The notes under the pieces are model-generated. The model had not been told where the DNA came from. It made no database searches and saw only the letters and a program-made list of their open reading frames with translations. Below are positions 8,160 through 18,279 of a stretch of DNA of 64,000 bases, piece by piece. Position 1 is the first letter of the stretch; each line of letters starts with the position of its first letter. The translations under genes were made by a program, and so were the position numbers. Origin of the DNA: an uncultured Methanosarcinales archaeon (GTDB lineage: Archaea > Nanobdellota > Nanobdellia > Woesearchaeales > ARS49); NCBI GenBank assembly GCA_964354285.1, contig CAYGYR010000001.1:518424-582423 (forward strand), read 5' to 3'.

Positions 8160-11036
8160 ATGGATCTGGGGGAGAGAATTAATGAGCTTGAGCAGAAGCT
8201 CCATTCATTTATAAAAAATGATGAGCTAGAGAAAGCATCAGAACTCATTCTTGATAAAAAAGATGAAGCAGTCAAGCTCACTGAAAATTATGTTCCGGAA
8301 AGCGCCTTGAAAGCATTAAAAATAAAATTCGCGCTTCACTGGCCAGATGGGAGCGGCTCCTATGGTTCTCACGAAGATTATGATCAGCAGAATATAACAA
8401 GGAGAAAACTATTCGGTCTTGAACATGATTTGCTAAGCGTGCACAATCCCAGAAGGGCGGAAAAATTATTTGCAGAGGCAAAACCGAGACTTGAGAAAGT
8501 ATATGGGGCTGAGTTTGTGTGCAGAGAAGATGTTGCAATAATGAACGGCCTGTATCACAATAGAAAAAAGCTAGAAGAAAAGGCTGAGAACCTGCAGGAA
8601 CTGCTTTCGCGCATAAATCTCTTTAAAGATTTTTCAAAGAAATACCTGAATTTCGGCTGGGAAGAAATAACAGATATGTGGAGGCATGACAGGTTACGTG
8701 AAGATGTGACAGATTCTGCAATTGCGCTTGTTGGCTTAATGAAAGATGTCAAAGACCCATCGAGAATGATGTATCTTAAATCATCTCATGTTAAACATTG
8801 TGATGGCCCGTGGGAGCAAGAGGAATCAGGCATGCCTGACCTGCTTAATACGCACGGCCACGGAAGCATTCTTATCAGTGATTTCGATCACAGCAGTTGG
8901 TCTTCTTATCATGACCATGTTCTAGATTATCTAAGCGCAATCCTGATTGCAGGGAAAGCAGGAAACCTTGATTTCAGGAATGCATTAAATCTTGCATCTT
9001 TCAGTTGGGCACAAAGTGCAGGAATGAATATTGAGAAATACCGCTCTGCCTTTGTTTCAGTTGAGCGTGATCGTGTTCCAAAAAGAATCACAGAGATTGT
9101 TGATGAAACCTTAACAAGGCAGTATCATAACAGGCAGCCAGGGGATGACTGCTCAAGATTCATGAGGCATCTTGCAAATTTTTTTCTTGAAAGGTGGAAA
9201 GCAACTGCTGTTGATTACGACCTGCTTTTTGATTTCCATGTTCCAGAACATAGGGACCTGCAACAAATAGATTTCTTCTACCGCATCAGAGACGGGAAAG
9301 AGCCAGCATATGAAGACAAAAGAGCTTCTATAGGGAGGCTTCCAGATGTGCTCCGCCTGCTTGTCCAGGATGGTGTGCTAAAAGAAAGCGAGATAGACCC
9401 GCCATTAAGAAAAAAATACCTGCTGCCAGATGAAATGAGAGCAATACTCAGCTCTGGAAAACTTCTGACAGATGGAAAAGGAACAGCTGAGTCACTGAAC
9501 CTGCCGATGAAATACAAGCCAGCAGTGATTGCAACAAAAGCAAGCCCTATCAAGCTGATTCCTGAATTCACAGAGAAAAAACTTCCTGCCCTAAAGGATG
9601 ACCTGAGCGCCCTGGCAGGAGTGCTTGACCCGGATAGCTCTTATTATGTCCTTTTCAAAGGAAACCACACACTATTCCTTGCAAAAGAAGAGCACTGGCC
9701 TAATGGCGATCTTGTACTGCAGGACATACAAAGGATAACACTCCTTGAAGACAATGCAAATCCAGCAGACGGAGCTGTCATCAAGCTTCGAGGCCAGAGA
9801 TTCTATGTCAGAAAAGAAAAAAGCCTTGACGAGCAGCAAAAACTGCGAAACGCAATCTTCAGTTCAAAAACAGACCTTGTGCCTGTCAAATGCTATACCT
9901 TTATCACAAGCGCCACACCAGAAGAATTCAGGCAGAACTACTTCAAAGACTTCATGGCGCACGTCATGCTGAACAGGCCATGGCTTGATGCAGAAGCGAT
10001 AATTAAAGACCTGCACAGGATAGATGATATGCCTGCAACAGGCCTGAACGTGGGCATAGGCCCTACAGGACGCACAAGCTTTAGGACATTTGAGGTTGCA
10101 GGCAGATTCTCATTCCAGCTAAAGTACGATAGCATACTTGGCCTTGAAGAGGTCCTCTCGATCGCACTGCAATTGAAAAATTACATAGAGGGAGTCGGCC
10201 TGGGAATACACCAGGAGATAGGCCTTGACGAGTATGGCAGGGCACGGGTAAAAAGAAAACTAGAAGACAGGCTTTTCTACCGGGAAAATTTTGCAGCAAT
10301 TGCAGAATCACTCAACGGGCCAAAGCTTGCAGATGCGCTTGCAGCAGCCCTTGCGTACAAAGAACACGCCTTTTATAGGATTGGAGCATCATATACGCCG
10401 TGCGAGCACTGCGGCAAAAAATATGTTTCTGGCAACATTTACAGGCCTGACCTGCGGGAGCAGTGGTGTGAGGGCATACGAGGTGATGAGCTGCATGCGA
10501 TATCAAGGCATCCTGAAACATTTGAAGACGAGTTCAGTGCATTAAGAAAAATAAGGCGAATGCTCACAGACATAAAACCAGCAGAGCAGCCCATTATATT
10601 TTCACATCCAGGGCTGATGCCTGAATTTGACAGTTTTGCAAGAGCATATGATGATTCTGCTAAAGCAGACAGCGCCAGTTTTGATTTCTGTATGAACACA
10701 GGGGGAGGCCTTTCACATATAGAAGACGAAGACCTGGAGGACGATGTGGAATTAAAAAAATTATCTGCTGAAGAGTCAAATCTGCATTCTAAAATCGCAG
10801 AAAGCAATGATGTTTTAGAAACTGCAAGGGATTTGCTTCAAAAAAAATATGAGTCTTTACAAGGCATTGCTGCTTCTGAAGCAATGAAAGATGAAGATGT
10901 CTGGAAAAACTTGCGCTTCTGGGCAGATCAATTGTTCTTATTTGATATATACAGCTTAGCTGCACCAGAACTGACAGAATGCTTCGCAGAATCCTGGATA
11001 ATGAAAAATCCAGGCAAGCTAATGCGGGACCGTTAA
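8160..11036 (+). CDS. Large uncharacterised protein (959 aa) with His-rich segments and a C-terminal CxxC motif
   Basis: Long uninterrupted ORF; start moved to the first ATG after the hairpin array; no Walker A or other recognisable catalytic motif. Confidence 0.55.
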   Translation: MDLGERINELEQKLHSFIKNDELEKASELILDKKDEAVKLTENYVPESALKALKIKFALHWPDGSGSYGSHEDYDQQNITRRKLFGLEHDLLSVHNPRRAEKLFAEAKPRLEKVYGAEFVCREDVAIMNGLYHNRKKLEEKAENLQELLSRINLFKDFSKKYLNFGWEEITDMWRHDRLREDVTDSAIALVGLMKDVKDPSRMMYLKSSHVKHCDGPWEQEESGMPDLLNTHGHGSILISDFDHSSWSSYHDHVLDYLSAILIAGKAGNLDFRNALNLASFSWAQSAGMNIEKYRSAFVSVERDRVPKRITEIVDETLTRQYHNRQPGDDCSRFMRHLANFFLERWKATAVDYDLLFDFHVPEHRDLQQIDFFYRIRDGKEPAYEDKRASIGRLPDVLRLLVQDGVLKESEIDPPLRKKYLLPDEMRAILSSGKLLTDGKGTAESLNLPMKYKPAVIATKASPIKLIPEFTEKKLPALKDDLSALAGVLDPDSSYYVLFKGNHTLFLAKEEHWPNGDLVLQDIQRITLLEDNANPADGAVIKLRGQRFYVRKEKSLDEQQKLRNAIFSSKTDLVPVKCYTFITSATPEEFRQNYFKDFMAHVMLNRPWLDAEAIIKDLHRIDDMPATGLNVGIGPTGRTSFRTFEVAGRFSFQLKYDSILGLEEVLSIALQLKNYIEGVGLGIHQEIGLDEYGRARVKRKLEDRLFYRENFAAIAESLNGPKLADALAAALAYKEHAFYRIGASYTPCEHCGKKYVSGNIYRPDLREQWCEGIRGDELHAISRHPETFEDEFSALRKIRRMLTDIKPAEQPIIFSHPGLMPEFDSFARAYDDSAKADSASFDFCMNTGGGLSHIEDEDLEDDVELKKLSAEESNLHSKIAESNDVLETARDLLQKKYESLQGIAASEAMKDEDVWKNLRFWADQLFLFDIYSLAAPELTECFAESWIMKNPGKLMRDR

Positions 11037-11086
11037 GGGCCTTTTCTAGCAAAAAATTTAAATAAGCTAATCACAAGCTGTTCTTT

Positions 11087-11632
11087 ATGATAATCACAAT
11101 CTCAGGAGACCCTGGCTCTGGAAAGTCAACTGTTGCAAAAGCAATAGCTGAAAAGCTCAAGATAAAGCATCTTTCTGCAGGGGATTTCATGAGAGAGCTC
11201 GCAACAGAAAGAAAGATGACAATACTTGAACTCACGCAGAAAGCAGAGAAAGACCAGTCCATAGATAAAGAGATTGATGAGAGGACAAAAAAGCTTGCTG
11301 AGCAGGACAATTTCATCATGGATAGCAGGCTTGCATGGTATTTCATACCAAAGTCGCTTAAGATTTACCTGAAATGCAGCGCAGACGAGGCAGCAAAGAG
11401 AGTATTCACGCAGAAACGAGGCGGAATAGAGGCAGAAAATATCTCACTCGAGCAGACCAAAGCAAACATAATCAAAAGAGAACAAAGCGAGATTAAGAGA
11501 TACAAGAAATATTACTGCGTTGATTTTAAAAAAGAAGAAAACTATGATTTTGTGCTTGACACCACAAAACTCACGATACCAGAAGCAATCGATGAAGTCC
11601 TTGAATTCGTAGAATCCAAGCAAGTACAATAG
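11087..11632 (+). CDS. cmk: Cytidylate kinase, archaeal type
   Basis: N-terminal P-loop ISGDPGSGKST; archaeal CMK-like length and layout. Confidence 0.75.
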   Translation: MIITISGDPGSGKSTVAKAIAEKLKIKHLSAGDFMRELATERKMTILELTQKAEKDQSIDKEIDERTKKLAEQDNFIMDSRLAWYFIPKSLKIYLKCSADEAAKRVFTQKRGGIEAENISLEQTKANIIKREQSEIKRYKKYYCVDFKKEENYDFVLDTTKLTIPEAIDEVLEFVESKQVQ

Positions 11633-11667
11633 AAAGCTTTAAATTTCCCCAGTAAAATCTATTTCTT

Positions 11668-12384
11668 ATGCCAATAAAGAAGAAAGATTTCATAGAGCTT
11701 GAATACACAGGAAGGCTGAAAGACGGCAATGATGTATTTGACACAACAGACGAGAAGACAGCAAAAGACACAGGAATGCACAAACCGAACGCGCTCTACG
11801 GCCCTGTCGTGATATGCGTTGGGGAAAATCATGTTCTAAAAGGGCTTGATGCTGCCATTGAAAGCAAAGAGATTGGAAAACACAAGATAGAGCTTACTGC
11901 AGATAAGGCCTTTGGCAAGAAAGATGTAAAAATGATACAGATGATACCTCTTAAAAAATTCAGCGAGCATGAAGTAAGGCCATTCCCTGGGCTGCAGATA
12001 AACATAGACGAAGTCATGGGAACAGTAAAGACAGTATCAGGAGGAAGAGTGCTTGTTGATTTTAACCACCCGCTCTCAGGAAAAGATGTTGTCTATGAAA
12101 TCAAGATAAACAAGATAGTGGCTGACAAAAAAATACAAATTGATGCCCTGATGAAACTGTTGCTTGGCGTAAAGGACGCGGGAATAACTGTCCAGGGAGA
12201 TGATGCAAAAATCACATTAAAAGCAGAGCTTCCTAAACAATTTGCAGAAGAATTAGCAAAAAAAATAACAGAGCTAACGGGCATAAAGAAAATTGAGTTC
12301 GCAAAAGAAGAGAAGAAAGCAGAGACAAAAAAAGAGACAGAGAAACCCAAGGCAGAGAAGCCAAAACAAGAGCAAAAAGCTTAA
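11668..12384 (+). CDS. FKBP-type peptidyl-prolyl isomerase with insert and Lys-rich tail
   Basis: FKBP fold motifs (DVFDTT...VVICVGE...LKGLDAA) and a KE-rich C-terminus. Confidence 0.8.
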   Translation: MPIKKKDFIELEYTGRLKDGNDVFDTTDEKTAKDTGMHKPNALYGPVVICVGENHVLKGLDAAIESKEIGKHKIELTADKAFGKKDVKMIQMIPLKKFSEHEVRPFPGLQINIDEVMGTVKTVSGGRVLVDFNHPLSGKDVVYEIKINKIVADKKIQIDALMKLLLGVKDAGITVQGDDAKITLKAELPKQFAEELAKKITELTGIKKIEFAKEEKKAETKKETEKPKAEKPKQEQKA

Positions 12385-12419
12385 ATAGAAAGTAGACTAG
12401 TTTCTTATAAAAAGAGGAA

Positions 12420-14483
12420 TTGATGAATAAGACTGAAATACTTGCTCTAATTATTTTATTTCTGATAGCAAGCAGCGGCATGGTTTACATGATGTATTCT
12501 GAGGATATAGGCAAGGCCTGGTTCGGAGGAAAACGCATATCAATCTCAAAGCTTGATAAGCTTGTTGTTGCACCAGCATCTGTGCCAACTGCTGCTCCGG
12601 CACCACCGGCGCCCACACCAGTTCCTGCACCAACACTGCCATCTACAGAACCAAGATGCGCAGATGTTATTATCAATGGACCGCCAGAAGATAAAATCAA
12701 TGTCATCTTCATAGGCATAAATTACGCAGATAACTCTTTATTTGAGCAGCATGTTAACCTGGATATAGATTGGAACGGACAGAATTACGGCCTGTTCTCA
12801 GTCGAGCCATACAAAACATACAAAGAGCAATTCAACTTTTACAGAATAGACTATACTTCTAACACCTTTGACTGTTTAGGTAAGGATACACCAACAGCTT
12901 GTGGTGGAGTGCCTTATGAAAGCATTCGTGCTTTTGTCAAACAGATTTGCGGCGATAAATTATTGAAAGGTATAGAGACAGGAATGATTGCAGCAGACCC
13001 CTTTATAGAGGTTTTGATTAATGAACCAAATCAGGGTAATGCTGGTTGGAGTCCGATAGGACAAGGAGTCTCATTGATGTGGAGTTCAGGAGTTTCAGAA
13101 GAACCAGCATACAGGCAGGTATTCACTCATGAATTAGGCGGGCACGCCCTTGCAGGATTGCAAGACGAATATAGAGGAACACCCAAGGACATGCCTCAAA
13201 CATTCTGTTCGCATCAATACTGCCAGCAATTCCTTCAAGCAATAGGATATGGCGGAGACCGGCCTGAAGAACAGGCGTCCAACTGCGATAAAGCAGGATG
13301 CACCAAATGGGCAAACCTACTAGGCCAAGACGGGATAGACTGTGTTAACTTATGCGGCGGATATGAGGACTTATACCATCCTACAAAATGCCAGATAATA
13401 GTTGACCAAGATGGAAATCCTGTAAGAAAGACTGAAATAGGAAAAGATAATGCAAAATACCTGATGAAATGCAACATTATGGATAAACCCACAGGGGTAG
13501 TAACCGGCAGAAACAATCAAGGAGAAGAATGGAACGTAAACCCAAAAGAAATAGACAGTTACACGTACCAATATTTTGACCTAGTTGCGCAGACAGCTAT
13601 CAGAAAACAGATACAGCGACTAATTAAATATCCTCTTTGTAGTCAAAGCGAACCAGAATGTGAGAAGGCAGTAAGGCTTTTCAAATTAATACCTCCAGTA
13701 AAAACCCCTGGCGGGTATATTCAAGGTGTCTTTGACAAAGAGAAAAAGTTCACTTTGCATCAATTCGGAATTGTTTACGATGCCTTGACCAGTCTTCCAG
13801 CAGATTTGATGTCTGCATTAAAACTTCTTGTTTTCTCTCCTCACCCCACTTTAGGCAGTGGAGCGAACAGTATTCCGGAAACAGGAGAAGTATACTTAGG
13901 ATACAGGACAGACAAGTATTTACAAACAGACAAAGCTTTATTTTGCGTAGTTATTCATGAAATGGGGCATTTAATTGAAACGAATAAGAATGTCGAGAAA
14001 TCATTCAGAAGCATTTGTTATGATCGGATTGGAGAAACATGGCAAAGAAAGTCAGAATGTGAGATTTATTTGGATTTTGCGCCGCAATTAGTTGAAGATA
14101 ATTGGAATACTGAATTAAGAGCAAGATCTGCAGGAGGGGATGGCCGCGAGGATATTCCTAATGCATTCGAATATTATGTCTGTGCCGGAGATTTATTCAG
14201 GGCTGAAGCAAGAGCAAGGCCTAAAATGAAAGAGAAATATTTATTCTTAAAAGACAGATTGTTCAATGGGAAAGAGTATAAATGTGAGATTGACAGCTGC
14301 CTAACCTTAGTACCTCCGCCAACACCGTGCGGAAGCAACGGATGTGCAAGCTGCAAGAAAACAGGCGATCCCTGCATAACTGCCTGCAATGACTGCCCAG
14401 CAATCGCCGGCTGCGGTCCTGGCGGATGCAAACAATGGACATGCACAAATAATCAATGCATCATTGCCGGGCAAATAAAATAA
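12420..14483 (+). CDS. Secreted, membrane-anchored zinc-metallopeptidase-like protein with a Cys-rich C-terminal module
   Basis: N-terminal TM, Pro/Ala linker, HELGGHALAGLQDEY and HEMGH (HExxH) motifs, and a C-terminal CxxC-rich region. Confidence 0.55.
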   Translation: MMNKTEILALIILFLIASSGMVYMMYSEDIGKAWFGGKRISISKLDKLVVAPASVPTAAPAPPAPTPVPAPTLPSTEPRCADVIINGPPEDKINVIFIGINYADNSLFEQHVNLDIDWNGQNYGLFSVEPYKTYKEQFNFYRIDYTSNTFDCLGKDTPTACGGVPYESIRAFVKQICGDKLLKGIETGMIAADPFIEVLINEPNQGNAGWSPIGQGVSLMWSSGVSEEPAYRQVFTHELGGHALAGLQDEYRGTPKDMPQTFCSHQYCQQFLQAIGYGGDRPEEQASNCDKAGCTKWANLLGQDGIDCVNLCGGYEDLYHPTKCQIIVDQDGNPVRKTEIGKDNAKYLMKCNIMDKPTGVVTGRNNQGEEWNVNPKEIDSYTYQYFDLVAQTAIRKQIQRLIKYPLCSQSEPECEKAVRLFKLIPPVKTPGGYIQGVFDKEKKFTLHQFGIVYDALTSLPADLMSALKLLVFSPHPTLGSGANSIPETGEVYLGYRTDKYLQTDKALFCVVIHEMGHLIETNKNVEKSFRSICYDRIGETWQRKSECEIYLDFAPQLVEDNWNTELRARSAGGDGREDIPNAFEYYVCAGDLFRAEARARPKMKEKYLFLKDRLFNGKEYKCEIDSCLTLVPPPTPCGSNGCASCKKTGDPCITACNDCPAIAGCGPGGCKQWTCTNNQCIIAGQIK

Positions 14484-14550
14484 AAATCACTTAACTAATA
14501 GAAAGTATTAAATAATAAAAAATTCTGAGTTGTAAGAAAAGAGGAAATAT

Positions 14551-14895
14551 ATGAGAAAAATAATATTTACCTTCATTATTATTTCAATTCTCTTACTTCT
14601 AACTGGCTGCAGGACAAGCGGAAAAGCAATAGAGCGAGTAGCTGGAGGCCCTGAGATAGAGGCAGATACGTATCTTGAGCGGGCTGACGTGCAGCTGACC
14701 AACCTTGCCGATGCCCTGAATGAAGGAAAAGTTAAAGATGCGCGCTCTGCGCTAGATACTGTGGGAGCGTATCTTGTAAATGCTGATTCTGCAATAAGCA
14801 AAATACCTTATACATCCGTAGCAAGGGATGAGTTTAAGATAAGGTATGACTCTATCAAGCAGAGATATGATTACCTGCGGACGCAAATAAAGTAA
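14551..14895 (+). CDS. Small secreted lipoprotein-like protein
   Basis: Signal peptide with LLTGC. Confidence 0.4.
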   Translation: MRKIIFTFIIISILLLLTGCRTSGKAIERVAGGPEIEADTYLERADVQLTNLADALNEGKVKDARSALDTVGAYLVNADSAISKIPYTSVARDEFKIRYDSIKQRYDYLRTQIK

Positions 14896-14941
14896 CTATA
14901 AAAGTAATTATAAAAGTGATTATAACTGCAGCACAATAAAA

Positions 14942-14949
14942 TTTATATA
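14942..14949 (+). promoter_or_regulatory. TATA-box-like element upstream of ftsZ1
   Basis: TTTATATA about 45 nt upstream of the ATG, A-rich BRE-like sequence before it. Confidence 0.3.
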
Positions 14950-14993
14950 GTCTTCCTGTTATTTTTATTTTAAAAAAGGGCTAGGGGAGAAAA

Positions 14994-16118
14994 ATGGATT
15001 TTATAAAACCGATAAATTCTGCTGAGCAGCAACAGGCACAGCAACAGACTGTTAAGCCGCAAGTGACAAGAGCAAGCTGTGACGAGGAGCTTGAAGAGCT
15101 TCTTGCAAAGCAGAGAGCAAGCATAAAAGTTGTTGGATGCGGTGGCGGCGGAAACAACACAGTTGACAGGATGTCAGAGGTTGGCATCATTGGCGCTGAA
15201 ACAATTGCAATAAATACAGACGCTCAGGATCTTCTATACACAACAGCTGACAAAAAAATTCTCATAGGACGAGAGGTAACAAAAGGCCTGGGAGCAGGCT
15301 CTAACCCAAAAGTCGGAGAGGAAGCAGCGCGGGAAAATGAGCATGACATAAAAAAAGCCATAGAGGGCTCTGACATGGTCTTCATAACCTGCGGCCTTGG
15401 CGGCGGCACAGGAACAGGCAGCGCTCCTGTGGTTGCTGAAATAGCTAAAAAAATGGGCGCACTGACTGTCGCGATAGTCACAATGCCGTTTACGATGGAA
15501 GGAAACAGGCGATATGAAAATGCTGTAACAGGGCTTGAAAAACTTGAGCAGATGGTTGATACACTTATAGTCATTCCAAACGACAAGCTATTGGAGCTTG
15601 CCCCTGATTTGCCGCTGCAGACTGCATTCAAGGTAGCAGATGAAATCCTGACAAATGCAGTTAAAGGAATCGCAGAACTGGTCACGAAAGTCGGCTTGGT
15701 CAATCTTGACTTTGCAGACATAAGGGCGGTCATGGCAAACGGAGGAGTCGCATTGATTGGCGTCGGCGAAAGTGACTCTGAAAACAGGGCAGTAGAAGCT
15801 GTTGAAAAAGCACTGAACAATCCACTTCTTGACGTAGAGATAGCAGGAGCAACAGGAGCGCTGATTAATGTCGCAGGAAGCAAAGACTTGACACTATCAG
15901 AAGCAAGAAAAGTAGTAGAGGCAGTATCTGCCAAGCTATCAGAAGACGCAAAAATAATCTGGGGAGCACAGATATACGATGACCTTGATCATATTCTAAA
16001 AGTAATGCTGATAATAACCGGAGTGAAATCACCACAGATATTCGGCAAAGAGAAAAAAATGTCTGATGGCCAGAAAAAAGAAATTGAGAACGAACTAGGG
16101 ATAGAGTTCGTGGATTAA
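14994..16118 (+). CDS. ftsZ: Cell division GTPase FtsZ (paralog 1)
   Basis: [14 protein letters not shown] and GGGTGTG tubulin signature motifs. Confidence 0.95.
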   Translation: MDFIKPINSAEQQQAQQQTVKPQVTRASCDEELEELLAKQRASIKVVGCGGGGNNTVDRMSEVGIIGAETIAINTDAQDLLYTTADKKILIGREVTKGLGAGSNPKVGEEAARENEHDIKKAIEGSDMVFITCGLGGGTGTGSAPVVAEIAKKMGALTVAIVTMPFTMEGNRRYENAVTGLEKLEQMVDTLIVIPNDKLLELAPDLPLQTAFKVADEILTNAVKGIAELVTKVGLVNLDFADIRAVMANGGVALIGVGESDSENRAVEAVEKALNNPLLDVEIAGATGALINVAGSKDLTLSEARKVVEAVSAKLSEDAKIIWGAQIYDDLDHILKVMLIITGVKSPQIFGKEKKMSDGQKKEIENELGIEFVD

Positions 16119-16119
16119 A

Positions 16120-17130
16120 ATGGGGCTAAAAGCAATACCTGCGGGAGATGGAGTATATTCTTTTGTGAATGAAAATGTCAGTCCTCACACGCGCCACTAC
16201 GAACTTACCATCAAGCTAACACCAGAACAAGAAAAAAGCCTGGCAGCAGATCCACACGAAGACATTTACAGCATTAATTTTTTCCATCCAGAACAAGTCC
16301 TTTCTTACTTTTGCGATAAATGCAACGAGACAATCCAAGGAAACCCAGGCATGCAAGCTTACATCAGGCTAAGGCACGACTTGAAACGCCAGGTTGCTGA
16401 TATCCTCTACACATGCAAAAAATGTGATACTACCTTTTACATAGGCCTTGCAGAAAACCCGGCACCAATACCTGTAGAATTCATTGTCATGGATGAAACA
16501 GGAGACTACAAGAAACCAACGCCTGAATCAATTGAGGATCTGCTGGCAAAAGCAGAAAAACGCGCTACAGAAGCATTCCTTGATAAAGACAGCATTGAGA
16601 CATGCAGGCGGTGGGCTGAAAAAATAGGGTACAAGCTTGATGAAGAAAGAATCAAGAAGCTAGAACCAATCCAAAGAGAAGCATATCTAAGAAATTTTGA
16701 GAAAAACCTTCCAGATTTGGTTGAAGAAATAAGAAAAGACAGCTATGCCTTTATGTTAGGAACGTCTGCTAGTGATGAAGAATGCTCAATGTTTGAAGGA
16801 ACAGGATTAGCAGAGCAAGTAGACAAATTGCTTGAAAACCTTCCCCACATAAATCTTCCAGAAGACAAAAAACTGAGAGAAAAAATATTGAAAATACTAT
16901 TTCAGTACAGAAAAATGTACGATAATGCTATTACGCAAACAATTACTGAAAAGGCAGAAATGGAGAAAAAATTTAATGATGATATTCAATCATGCCAAAA
17001 TGTTTCAAGAAAAACAACGCACTTAATCACGCAATACTGCGAAAAGGCAGGCATTGACAAGGAAACCCTGGATAAGATTGCTGATGACTCAACAATTCCC
17101 TTCTCATTGGATGAAATAGAAGATTTTTAA
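16120..17130 (+). CDS. Uncharacterised zinc-ribbon protein translationally coupled to ftsZ1
   Basis: Starts 2 nt after the ftsZ stop; CDKC...CKKC motif; acidic C-terminus DEIEDF. Confidence 0.55.
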   Translation: MGLKAIPAGDGVYSFVNENVSPHTRHYELTIKLTPEQEKSLAADPHEDIYSINFFHPEQVLSYFCDKCNETIQGNPGMQAYIRLRHDLKRQVADILYTCKKCDTTFYIGLAENPAPIPVEFIVMDETGDYKKPTPESIEDLLAKAEKRATEAFLDKDSIETCRRWAEKIGYKLDEERIKKLEPIQREAYLRNFEKNLPDLVEEIRKDSYAFMLGTSASDEECSMFEGTGLAEQVDKLLENLPHINLPEDKKLREKILKILFQYRKMYDNAITQTITEKAEMEKKFNDDIQSCQNVSRKTTHLITQYCEKAGIDKETLDKIADDSTIPFSLDEIEDF

Positions 17131-17177
17131 TAGATTCAAAAAGCTTTTTATACTATTCATAACTTCTGAGATGTAAA

Positions 17178-17594
17178 ATGGACGAAGAAGAGCAAAAAGA
17201 AGAAATTCAGGAATCTTTTGAAGAGATAGAGCCAGAAACAGAGAAAACAGAAGCAAGAGAGGAAGCAGAAGAAGCTGCAGTCGAGCCGCAGCCAGAAGAG
17301 ACAGCTGAGATAGAAGCAGAAGAGTCCCCAACAGGAGGAGAGCTTCCCAAGCAATTTGAGCAGCAGCCGACACAGATGTTCATAGCAAAGAAAAGAGAGG
17401 ACACGAAAGAGATACAGCAATCAAAATTTGAACGCCTTAAAACTTATCTTATTGAATGCAAAAGAGTCCTCAAAGTCACAAAGAAGCCAGACAAGCTTGA
17501 GTTCAAGACAATAGTAAAGGTATCAGGAATAGGAATACTCGTTATCGGATTGATTGGATTCCTGATAAACATGGTTAAAGAACTGTTCTTCTGA
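17178..17594 (+). CDS. secE: Preprotein translocase SecE/Sec61-gamma with an acidic N-terminal extension
   Basis: Single C-terminal TM GIGILVIGLIGFLIN; position in the conserved ftsZ-secE-spt5-L11 cluster. Confidence 0.7.
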   Translation: MDEEEQKEEIQESFEEIEPETEKTEAREEAEEAAVEPQPEETAEIEAEESPTGGELPKQFEQQPTQMFIAKKREDTKEIQQSKFERLKTYLIECKRVLKVTKKPDKLEFKTIVKVSGIGILVIGLIGFLINMVKELFF

Positions 17595-17595
17595 T

Positions 17596-17618
17596 GCTTT
17601 GTAAAAGCAAAGCTTTTT
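17596..17618 (+). terminator. Hairpin plus T-run after secE
   Basis: GCTTTG(taaaag)CAAAGC followed by TTTTT, immediately after the secE stop. Confidence 0.4.
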
Positions 17619-17738
17619 AAATAATAGGTATCTACTTAGAGTAAAACATTCTAGGAAAGAAAAAAACGACCTAGAGTAAAATAAAAAAAAATCCGTGCCG
17701 GATTTTTAAACTTCAAAATCTTTTTGAAGTAAAATAAA

Positions 17739-18257
17739 ATGACAGAAGAAACACACACGTGCATCTACGCATTAAGAACAACTGCTAACAGAGAAGACCA
17801 GGTAATGGACTTCATAACCTCTAATATCAAAAAGAAAGGGCTAGAGGTATTTGCAGTCATAAGGCCGCACGGCATGAGAGGATACATATTCTTAGAAGCC
17901 CTGAACAAGGAGCATGCAGAGCAGGCGGCATTCAACGTGCCATACGCTCGAGGAGTGCTTCCGAAAGAGATCGAGTACAGGGAAATAGAGCACATGCTCG
18001 AGCAAGTCAAGAGAGATGTTGACATCAGAAAGAATGATATTGTCGAGATAATCGCAGGCCCGTTCAAGAGAGAGCAGGCAAAAATCACAAGAATAGACAA
18101 GGCAAAAGAAGAGGTTGTTGTCGAGCTCCTTGGGGCAGCAGTGCCAATACCAATCACAGTAAAGATGGACTCTGTCAAAGTAATTAGGAGAGAGACAGAA
18201 TCGTCAGAAGATTTAATATCTTCAACAGACGATGACGAAGAAGCGCAAACCTTATAA
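17739..18257 (+). CDS. spt5: Transcription elongation factor Spt5 (NusG)
   Basis: NGN domain plus KOW motif (GPFKREQAKITRID); acidic C-terminal tail. Confidence 0.85.
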   Translation: MTEETHTCIYALRTTANREDQVMDFITSNIKKKGLEVFAVIRPHGMRGYIFLEALNKEHAEQAAFNVPYARGVLPKEIEYREIEHMLEQVKRDVDIRKNDIVEIIAGPFKREQAKITRIDKAKEEVVVELLGAAVPIPITVKMDSVKVIRRETESSEDLISSTDDDEEAQTL

Positions 18258-18279
18258 ATCAACCATAATCTCACATTCA

